64,000 nt of DNA from contig DFRJ01000002.1 of the NCBI GenBank assembly GCA_002378195.1, positions 129,054-193,053 on the forward strand, in the 5' to 3' direction. The translations under genes and the position numbers were made by a program. Under the pieces are notes generated by a model. It saw only the letters and a list, made by a program, of their open reading frames with translations, ran no database searches and was not told where the DNA came from. Every line of letters starts with the position of its first letter. Position 1 is the first letter of the stretch. This DNA comes from Patescibacteria group bacterium UBA3466. GTDB taxonomy: Bacteria; Patescibacteriota; Minisyncoccia; Phycocordibacterales; UBA918. Below, in pieces: positions 37,975 to 45,440 of this stretch.

Positions 37975-39690
37975 ATGAAATATATAAGCATTGCAGTACT
38001 CGCTCTCGTTCTGATTGGAGGAGGAGCGTGGTACTACACAAATAACATGCATTCCATGATGAATATGGACGGCATGATGATGGGACAAGAAATCCCTGAA
38101 AAAGAAAACTTATCAATCCTACATGACTCAGATGTTCCAGAGGTAAAACCAACAGAAGTCGTTGAGCTCAAGGATGGCGACACTTTTGACCTCACTGCTT
38201 CAATCGTGAAGCAGAAAGTTGGCAATCGAGAAGTAAAACGACTGGCATATAACGGTCAAATTCCTGGACCAATTCTTAAAGTGGAAAAGGGTTCAGAGGT
38301 GACCGTGAACTTCACGAATAACATCGATATGGAAACGTCGCTCCACTCACACGGTTTGCGAGGAGACTGGCAGATGGATGGTGCAGTGCCGATCACTCCA
38401 CCAGTAGAAATTGGCGAGACGTTTAGCTATCAACTCGAATTTCCTGACACTGGGGTCTTCTGGTATCACCCGCATGTTCGTGAGGACTACCAGCAAGACA
38501 TGGGCCTCTATGGCAACATGATTGTTGAAGAAGATGGATATTGGAACGAAGTAGACCAAGAGGAGTATCTCATCATTGATGATCTTCTTGAAGACGGTGA
38601 ATATAATCGTGCAATGGTCACTAATACACTGATGGGTCGTTTTGGTGACACTTTGCTCATTAATGATACAGAAGACTACGAACTCACGGTCAATCAAGGA
38701 GAAATTACTCGTGCGTTTATCACTAATGTAGCGAATACTAGAACCTTTGAGCTTGAATTTGAAGGAGCTGAGATGAAGCTAGTTGGTGGTGACTTAGGGC
38801 GTATTGAGCAGGAGGAAATGATTGAACATCAAATCATCGCTCCAGCGGAACGATACATCATTGAACTCTACTATGATACTCCAGGCACATACGCCATTGA
38901 CCACCGTGGTGAATCAATCGGAACAGTGACTGTGCAGCCGTCAGGTACAAACCAACAAGCTGAATTCTCGCAATTGCGGTCAAATGCTGGTGATTATGCA
39001 GAACTTCGAGCAAACACGTCAGCGTTGCTAGCAAAAGCACCAGACAAGAATCTTCGACTTGATATCGAAATGAAAGGTATGGGTGGTATGCAAATGATGC
39101 AGCAGATGATGGGAGGAGATTCTGACGGTGAAACCGTAAACCTTATGGGGATGGAAATGAACCGTGAGCAAGCTATTGAGCATTGTCAGATGATGCCAGG
39201 TATGGCTGGCTGCGAACCGTTCCTAAACGCTGAAGAAGAGTCAGATAGCATGGGAGGGATGGTGATGGGAGGAGATGAAGAACATAGTGAAGATGGAATT
39301 GAATGGGAAGATGATATGGCTATGATGAACAATATGAGTAACGACGAGATGATGGAATGGGTCATTGAAGACACTGATACTGGTGCTAAGAATGACGAGA
39401 TCGACTGGTCGTTTGAGACTGGTGATTTGGTGAAGGTGCGTGTATACAATGATGAAAATGGCATGCACCCAATGCAACACCCACTCCACTTCCACGGACA
39501 ACGTTTTGTTGTGTTGGCTACTGACGATGAACTTAACGAAAACATGCAGTGGAAAGATACTGTGTTGATTCCTAAGGGACAGACAGTAGATCTACTGGTC
39601 GACATGAGCAACCCAGGTAAATGGATGGCGCATTGTCACATTGCTGAACACCTGCACTCAGGGATGATGTTTAACTTTGAAGTGAAATAG
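37975..39690 (+). CDS. Multicopper oxidase with Met-rich insertion
   Basis: HSHG, WYHPH, HPLHFHG, HCHIAEHLHSGM. Confidence 0.93.
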   Translation: MKYISIAVLALVLIGGGAWYYTNNMHSMMNMDGMMMGQEIPEKENLSILHDSDVPEVKPTEVVELKDGDTFDLTASIVKQKVGNREVKRLAYNGQIPGPILKVEKGSEVTVNFTNNIDMETSLHSHGLRGDWQMDGAVPITPPVEIGETFSYQLEFPDTGVFWYHPHVREDYQQDMGLYGNMIVEEDGYWNEVDQEEYLIIDDLLEDGEYNRAMVTNTLMGRFGDTLLINDTEDYELTVNQGEITRAFITNVANTRTFELEFEGAEMKLVGGDLGRIEQEEMIEHQIIAPAERYIIELYYDTPGTYAIDHRGESIGTVTVQPSGTNQQAEFSQLRSNAGDYAELRANTSALLAKAPDKNLRLDIEMKGMGGMQMMQQMMGGDSDGETVNLMGMEMNREQAIEHCQMMPGMAGCEPFLNAEEESDSMGGMVMGGDEEHSEDGIEWEDDMAMMNNMSNDEMMEWVIEDTDTGAKNDEIDWSFETGDLVKVRVYNDENGMHPMQHPLHFHGQRFVVLATDDELNENMQWKDTVLIPKGQTVDLLVDMSNPGKWMAHCHIAEHLHSGMMFNFEVK

Positions 39691-39702
39691 TCATTCACTT
39701 CT

Positions 39703-39740
39703 CATACAAAAACAGCCTCAAATGAGGCTGTTTTTGTATG
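39703..39740. terminator. Bidirectional terminator
   Basis: catacaaaaacagcctca-aa-tgaggctgtttttgtatg, 18-bp perfect stem. Confidence 0.9.
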
Positions 39741-39805
39741 CTTCTCGTGCTAGCACGAATTGGTGACCCACATTAGTTTAAATTGGAACCAAATAAGTCA
39801 ATCTA

Positions 39806-40681
39806 TTAGGTCTTTAGTTTGAATTTGTTAGTCATCTGGTACTTGTATAGTTTTTCAACGAAGTTCTTTTTTTCTTTCTTGTAGAAAGTTTCTTCTTTTT
39901 CAAAAAGTTTATTAATTCTTTCTTGTAGAGCAAGTGATATTATCTCAAGCATAAAAAGCGTCAGAAAAATAAGCAGGATAAGTATTGGGTTTGAAGCTGA
40001 GAAGTCTCCAAATGGCCAATTTTGCCAAGAAATAATCCCGCCTATAAAGCTAATCAACAGTACTGAGAACAATAGGTTCTTTGAAATATAAAAATAATTA
40101 AAGAATGGCTCAATATCTTTCTGCTTCACCAGTTCTTCTTTAGTCCCTTGTTGAAAATGATAAATATCGATCGAAAGCTGTGCTCTCGATTCATATTTTT
40201 TGTTAGCTAACCAAAAAACAAACTTCAAAATAAGTTCATTTAAGGTGTTAAGTTTTCTTTTCCAAAACATTCTGTCTGAAAGGTGGTTGCTTTCTAAGAC
40301 CTCCACAAAGTCATTTATAGATATTTCCTTTCCTGTTTTTAAAACTTTAACCTTTTTGTCTGCAGTAAATTCAAATTCGCGATCTCTTTCAACTTCTCCG
40401 GATGAATAATAATTCGTCACTCTTTTTTTGTACTTGTCTCCATCAGTTATAGAATATGATATTTCAGGCTCTTCACCCTTGGGTTCAGTCATGTTTACTG
40501 AGTACGATATTTTTTCACCTTCAACTGAAACCTTGATGAACATTTTCATGTTGTCTTCAAAGTATTTTGTTTCTTCTGGGTAGTCTCTAATTATTGAAAA
40601 ACCGACACCGTCAATAAAACCGACAGTTTTCTCGTCTCTTTCTTTTTTAGTATATAGTTTTAATAATTCACTAGAATCCAT
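39806..40681 (-). CDS. Hypothetical membrane protein (cargo)
   Basis: Long AT-rich ORF with two C-terminal TM helices; ATG 40681 is the likely start. Confidence 0.7.
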   Translation of the reverse strand: MDSSELLKLYTKKERDEKTVGFIDGVGFSIIRDYPEETKYFEDNMKMFIKVSVEGEKISYSVNMTEPKGEEPEISYSITDGDKYKKRVTNYYSSGEVERDREFEFTADKKVKVLKTGKEISINDFVEVLESNHLSDRMFWKRKLNTLNELILKFVFWLANKKYESRAQLSIDIYHFQQGTKEELVKQKDIEPFFNYFYISKNLLFSVLLISFIGGIISWQNWPFGDFSASNPILILLIFLTLFMLEIISLALQERINKLFEKEETFYKKEKKNFVEKLYKYQMTNKFKLKT

Positions 40682-40728
40682 TAGTTTGATTATGTAGACT
40701 TTACTCTTTATGTTATATCTTTTCAAGC

Positions 40729-40899
40729 ATGAAATATTCAGAAGAGATCATTGCAGAGTATAAGACTCTAATGAAACGTGACTATGACCACAAAGTCACA
40801 GACGACGAAGCTCAGTTGGAACTAAACAGTTTGGTAAAAGTTCTATTTGGTTGTGCTGGCAGTGACTCCAGTTTGTGTACTGAGAGGTATAGGAGTTAG
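40729..40899 (+). CDS. Small helical hypothetical protein (56 aa)
   Basis: Manual translation MKYSEEIIAEYKTLMKRDYDHKVTDDEAQLELNSLVKVLFG...; below the ORF-track cutoff; 3' end overlaps the NERD gene. Confidence 0.45.
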   Translation: MKYSEEIIAEYKTLMKRDYDHKVTDDEAQLELNSLVKVLFGCAGSDSSLCTERYRS

Positions 40900-41673
40900 T
40901 CCTTCTCCAGAATGTATAACTTCCAGATTTTCTGCGTGTTGCTCAGCGGTAACTTGTGTCTGGCAAAGAACGGAAAGTTTTCCTATGGCCATCAGTAACT
41001 CACCTTCACTTACAATTTCTTTTTTCTTTGATTCTATGTAATCGACTAAATCATCACCATGCATTACAGATGGTGGCATTTCAGTTTTAAACTCACTTTC
41101 TTCAGAAAAAACTATCACACTGTAGAAGCTTTTCTTCAAGAAAGGCATATGTTCTTTAAGGGCTGAGACATGAGCAAAGTTCTGAAGTATAGGGTTTTGG
41201 AAATGTGATTTCTTTCCCCAAAGTGTCTGAGTCCATTTCTTTTGGTTCTTGTGTCCAAATATCCATCCACTGTAATCTTTATTTTCAATTACAAAGATTC
41301 CGTACTTAGATACAATTATGTGGTCAATTTGTGTAGTTACAGTAACCGAAGAAGGAATGGTTATGTTGTTGAATATGTAATACTCTTTTGGATCCAAGTG
41401 TTCAGCTAAGTGCTTTACTAGTAGATACTCATAGCTTGTTAAATCATCTATGTAGCATCTGTGCCCATGCATCTCATTATTTGAAATACCCGTATCTGTT
41501 GACCACTTAGCAGTATGATTTGATCGAATACTTTGAGCTTCGGAGAGACGTCTTTTTATGTCTAAGCTTTCAGTTTCTGAATATGGGTTTCTCTTTTTTC
41601 GATTCTTAATCTTCTTGTATATCCATACAAAAAAGATTATCCAAAGAACACTAATAAAAAAGTCCTGATCCAT
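40843..41673 (-). CDS. NERD (nuclease-related domain) protein with N-terminal TM
   Basis: TQIDHIIVSKYGIFVIENKDYSGWIFG...WTQ...NPILQNFAH. Confidence 0.9.
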   Translation of the reverse strand: MDQDFFISVLWIIFFVWIYKKIKNRKKRNPYSETESLDIKRRLSEAQSIRSNHTAKWSTDTGISNNEMHGHRCYIDDLTSYEYLLVKHLAEHLDPKEYYIFNNITIPSSVTVTTQIDHIIVSKYGIFVIENKDYSGWIFGHKNQKKWTQTLWGKKSHFQNPILQNFAHVSALKEHMPFLKKSFYSVIVFSEESEFKTEMPPSVMHGDDLVDYIESKKKEIVSEGELLMAIGKLSVLCQTQVTAEQHAENLEVIHSGEGLTPIPLSTQTGVTASTTK

Positions 41674-41718
41674 TAAGTCTAGTATATCAACGTAATTTTT
41701 CAGTAGTTGTTACATATA

Positions 41719-41815
41719 CACCATCTTTAGCCGTGAAATCCCTCCTTTCGCTACGAAGCTTCGCGCTGCGAGCTTGCGAGCAGTGTGAAGGCGAAATGAA
41801 CGGCTAAAGATGGTG
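41719..41815. other. Long hairpin, candidate single-strand origin
   Basis: 16-bp perfect outer stem caccatctttagccgt / acggctaaagatggtg plus inner stems. Confidence 0.5.
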
Positions 41816-41848
41816 CATTTATTCACTTTTTATAGTACTTTGCTTCTA

Positions 41849-42571
41849 ATGAACACAGTTGAAGAAGAAATGATTAAAGTTTTGGAATTGGTAGCTTTTA
41901 AATATGCTAAATGGGAAAAGCATAAGCTTGAGAACAATTCTGACCTACCAGAAATATCTCTGTATAAAGATGATTTTGAGGAAATGGGAATTACATATCA
42001 AGCAGCTTTGTTGCCTTTAAAGCAGCTTGAAGGTAAGGGAATGCTGATGATTGATCATATCTCTGATCCGCTTACCTTTGATCCAGAAAAGGATCCATTC
42101 GATGAAGAAGATATTGTTAATGGAAAATTGAGGGTCATGGTCTACAACTTAATTGTTGGAGGTTCATCTGTGTATCGCTACTTAGATGGTCTTAAGAATG
42201 GTTTTGAAGAGGACGAGTACACAAATAACTCACATGAAGCTAGCTTTGAGGAAGATGAGAGTATTTTAAATGTTGCTGGATATCAGATTAAAATCGCTTT
42301 GCAGGACAAGATAACTAACGACCATAAGATTTTAAACTACATCTTAAATCATGATGATGAAGAGGTTTACTATAAAGACATTGCGCAAAATGAATTTGGA
42401 GAGATAGCATATGGTGACAAAGATACTTCATGGAAGCGATACCATACATCTTGTAAATCAATCAACGATAAGGTTAGAGAGGTAACAAAAGGGAAGATCA
42501 ATGACTTTCTTATTTTTAATACAGGCAATAAAGGTAGAGTTAGAATTAATGGACTATACAGACATTCATAA
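41849..42571 (+). CDS. Hypothetical protein, possible C-terminal winged-helix domain
   Basis: Long ORF (alternative start 41810); C-terminal helix/beta-wing pattern. Confidence 0.65.
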   Translation: MNTVEEEMIKVLELVAFKYAKWEKHKLENNSDLPEISLYKDDFEEMGITYQAALLPLKQLEGKGMLMIDHISDPLTFDPEKDPFDEEDIVNGKLRVMVYNLIVGGSSVYRYLDGLKNGFEEDEYTNNSHEASFEEDESILNVAGYQIKIALQDKITNDHKILNYILNHDDEEVYYKDIAQNEFGEIAYGDKDTSWKRYHTSCKSINDKVREVTKGKINDFLIFNTGNKGRVRINGLYRHS

Positions 42572-42672
42572 AAGTTTACAGAATTTTAGGTAACTTCCTA
42601 GAACATAAAAAGAGTAACGTAGCACCATCGAGAGATGTGTGTTTTTTCTTTCGATCAACAGCCTAGGTCATT

Positions 42673-42733
42673 GTGCGAGCTTTCGCTTCGAAGCCTAGCG
42701 TGCGAGCGAAGCTCGCACGTGTAGGACTTGATT
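42673..42733 (+). other. Hairpin plus ACTTGAT, candidate double-strand (nick) origin
   Basis: gtgcgagctt / aagctcgcac stem, then GGACTTGATT just upstream of rep. Confidence 0.5.
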
Positions 42734-42746
42734 AAAGGCATAGATA

Positions 42747-43604
42747 ATGAGAATGACAGAATATACTAATACAAAAATAGTTGCCGCTGGTCAGATTGTA
42801 CGCGTGACAAGGTATCTTGATGAGCCTGTCGCTTACAATTTTAAACGTAAAAAGGAAATTCCAATCGAAGGAATGTCTACTCGTGCTGAAAGAAGACGGG
42901 TGGCAAAAGAGGTTTATTGGACTCCTGAACGTCTCGAGAAAGAGCGTGAGCTAAACAGGAAGAAAGCAATGATCTCTGCAGCATCCCGCTTAAGAGACTG
43001 GGTGAACGCTAATGCGTGGCAGTATCGAGATGTGAATGGCCGTTTGTATCTGCCGGTGTTTGTGACGCTGACTTTTCGTGAGGATGTCAGAGATATAGAA
43101 ACAGCCAATGAGATTTTTACTTTATTTATAAAAAGATTAAATTTTTTCGTTCTTAAAGATAAGAGAGCAGAACTCAAGTATGTGAATGTTATTGAGTTTC
43201 AAGATAAGACTCGTGATGGAGTGATTCACTACCACACTCTCTTTTTCAATCTTCCATTTGTATACAAGAAAAAGCTCGAGAAGATTTGGGATCAAGGGTT
43301 TGTGAAAATTAAAAAGGTAGACAAGGTTAAGAATCTTGCTGGGTATATGACCAAGTACATGGTCAAAGGTTTTGATGATCCTCGTCTAGATGGCAAGAAA
43401 CGATATTTTCCTAGTAGAAACCTCATTAAGCCAACTGTGATTAGAGATGAGCTCACTGCAAAAGCTGTTCTGTTTCAATTGCCCGAAAAGAATCTTCATA
43501 AGGTTCGTGAGTTTGAAAGTGTTCATGTTGGCAAGGTAAAGGCTATGGACTTCATTCTCGATAAGGGTGAAACACTCCAAGACGTCATTGATTTTGTTAT
43601 ATGA
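42747..43604 (+). CDS. rep: HUH rolling-circle replication initiator
   Basis: Motif I FVTLTF, motif II EFQ...IHYH, motif III YMTKY. Confidence 0.88.
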   Translation: MRMTEYTNTKIVAAGQIVRVTRYLDEPVAYNFKRKKEIPIEGMSTRAERRRVAKEVYWTPERLEKERELNRKKAMISAASRLRDWVNANAWQYRDVNGRLYLPVFVTLTFREDVRDIETANEIFTLFIKRLNFFVLKDKRAELKYVNVIEFQDKTRDGVIHYHTLFFNLPFVYKKKLEKIWDQGFVKIKKVDKVKNLAGYMTKYMVKGFDDPRLDGKKRYFPSRNLIKPTVIRDELTAKAVLFQLPEKNLHKVREFESVHVGKVKAMDFILDKGETLQDVIDFVI

Positions 43605-43780
43605 TCACCTTGTCTCGAATTAGAGAAATTGAACCCTCGTTGAGAGATGCTTCTGATGAAGAAGTTGCTCAAATTCGTGACCAAATCTATGGTTTAGCCC
43701 AGCTTGCTTATGATTGTTACAAAAAAGAGAATGATTCCAAATTCCCCATGGGGTCATTGCAAGTAGACGATATGAAGTAG
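43601..43780 (+). CDS. Small protein between rep and recombinase (59 aa)
   Basis: ATGA overlap with rep stop; MITLSRIREIEPSLRDASDEEVAQIRDQIYGLAQLAYDCY...; ends 2 nt before recombinase ATG. Confidence 0.7.
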   Translation: MITLSRIREIEPSLRDASDEEVAQIRDQIYGLAQLAYDCYKKENDSKFPMGSLQVDDMK

Positions 43781-43782
43781 CT

Positions 43783-45321
43783 ATGTATGATAATCCTATG
43801 AAAGCAGGTAATGCAGTGATCTATTGTCGTGTATCGTCCCTAGAACAGGTTGAAGGAACCAGTCTTGAGTCTCAGGAACGTATGTGTCGAGACTACGCTA
43901 AAAGAGAAGGAATGGCTGTCTCAGAGGTGTTTATAGATCGTGGTGAGTCTGCTAAAACAGCAGATCGTACAGAATTTTTAAATGCCATATCGTACTGCTC
44001 CAAAAAGAAGAATGATGTCAGTCACTTCGTCGTATACAAGTTAGATCGCTTTGCCCGTAACCAAGAAGACCACATAGGAGTTCGTGCCAAGCTGAAACAA
44101 TATGGTGTCCAACTGCGCTCAGTCACTGAGCCGATTGATGATTCTCCAATGGGTAAGATGATGGAAGGTATCCTCTCTACTTTTGCAGAGTTCGACAACA
44201 ACGTTCGTACTGAAAGAAGCACAAACGGAATGAAAGAACGTCTTAAGAAAGGAATTTGGGTCTGGTCAGCACCACTTGGATACAAGCGTCTAGAGAAAGG
44301 TGGAAATTTAGTTCCTGATGAAGCAAACGCACACTACGTACGCATGGTTTTTGATGAGTATTCCAAAGGTGTTCATACATACAAAACACTAGCCACACTT
44401 TTATTTGAAAAAGGGTTTCGTTCCAAAGGTGGTAAAAAGATTCCGTTTCAAACTTACGAGAAGATGCTTAAGAATCCACTCTACTGCGGAATCATTAAGG
44501 TTGATACGTGGGGAGTTGAGATGAGAGGAGATTTTGAACCAATCATTTCAGAAGACCTCTTCAGGAAGTGTCAGGAGTCAGGTCGCACACACAAATCATT
44601 TTCAAAACTGACCAAGAACCCCGATTTTCCATTGAGGAAGATTGTTGTTTGTGAATGGTGTGGTGCTCCACTAACCGGTAGTTATTCAACTGGTCGTCAT
44701 GGAAAGAAGTATGGTTACTATCATCACCACAAGCAAGGTTGCCCTTGTGCTAGCTCGATCAGGAAGGATGATTTGGAGAAAGATTTTGTTTCTTTACTGG
44801 AAGAGATCAATCCGACTGTGCAGTACGCAAATCTGTTTAAAGAGGCATTCATGGAGATCTACAATGAAGAAAATAAGAAAAGCGAAGAGACTAGCGCTGC
44901 GGCTCAGAAAGAGCTTGAGAAACTGAAAGATAAGAAAGCTCATATCTATAACAACTTTGAAGATGGTGTGTACACCAAGACAGAGTTTTTAGAGCGTAAG
45001 AGGGAAGTAGACAAGCTTATCATTGCTGGAGAGTCAGTTATTGCAACTGAGGATACGTCAGACGTCGATATCGAGAAAGCGCTCGACTACTGCCTGAGCT
45101 TTGTTACTGACACACCAAACAAATGGAGTGAATTGGCAAAATACCCTGAAGAACGCTTGCGGTTCCAAAATTTTATTTTTGACGGCAATATTCCGTATAC
45201 ACAAAACAACGGTTTTGGAACCGCTGTTTTGTCGCCTATTTATTCGATATATCAGCATTGGCAGGCTGATAATTCTTCTTTGGTGATCCCACGGGGAATC
45301 GAACCCCGATTTCCAGGATGA
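43783..45321 (+). CDS. Large serine recombinase (integrase); 3' end overlaps tRNA-Glu
   Basis: YCRVSS catalytic motif, DRFARN, recombinase domain, CEWCG zinc ribbon, coiled coil. Confidence 0.93.
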   Translation: MYDNPMKAGNAVIYCRVSSLEQVEGTSLESQERMCRDYAKREGMAVSEVFIDRGESAKTADRTEFLNAISYCSKKKNDVSHFVVYKLDRFARNQEDHIGVRAKLKQYGVQLRSVTEPIDDSPMGKMMEGILSTFAEFDNNVRTERSTNGMKERLKKGIWVWSAPLGYKRLEKGGNLVPDEANAHYVRMVFDEYSKGVHTYKTLATLLFEKGFRSKGGKKIPFQTYEKMLKNPLYCGIIKVDTWGVEMRGDFEPIISEDLFRKCQESGRTHKSFSKLTKNPDFPLRKIVVCEWCGAPLTGSYSTGRHGKKYGYYHHHKQGCPCASSIRKDDLEKDFVSLLEEINPTVQYANLFKEAFMEIYNEENKKSEETSAAAQKELEKLKDKKAHIYNNFEDGVYTKTEFLERKREVDKLIIAGESVIATEDTSDVDIEKALDYCLSFVTDTPNKWSELAKYPEERLRFQNFIFDGNIPYTQNNGFGTAVLSPIYSIYQHWQADNSSLVIPRGIEPRFPG

Positions 45322-45355
45322 GAACCTGGCGTCCTAGCCGTTAGACGATGGGACC
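45281..45355 (-). tRNA. tRNA-Glu (CTC)
   Basis: GGTCCCATCGTCTAACGGCTAGGACGCCAGGTTCTCATCCTGGAAATCGGGGTTCGATTCCCCGTGGGATCACCA: cloverleaf, anticodon CTC, encoded CCA. Confidence 0.97.
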
Positions 45356-45414
45356 TGTTGGTAGCCAAAGAATACTAGCAAATTAAAGTAAAAACTTAAA
45401 GCAGTTTTATAAGA

Positions 45415-45440
45415 AAAATCGCCGAGAAATCGGCGATTTT
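45415..45440 (-). terminator. Terminator after FAD oxidase gene
   Basis: aaaatcgccga-gaaa-tcggcgatttt. Confidence 0.75.

Larger units (their letters stand above)
20524..39740 (+). mobile_element. Metal/redox homeostasis genomic island (probably immobilised)
   Basis: Recombinase remnant followed by about 21 co-oriented metal/redox genes, next to a tRNA-targeted element; boundaries approximate. Confidence 0.65.
39760..45286 (+). mobile_element. About 5.5-kb integrative element (HUH Rep + large serine recombinase) at tRNA-Glu
   Basis: TTGGTGA core at both 39760 and 45280 (followed by CCCAC and TCCCAC); Rep and recombinase inside; cargo visibly AT-richer. Confidence 0.75.

Noticed and set aside
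39806-45321. Complete inovirus or microvirus prophage
   Set aside because: No capsid, morphogenesis ATPase or cluster of small coat genes was recognised
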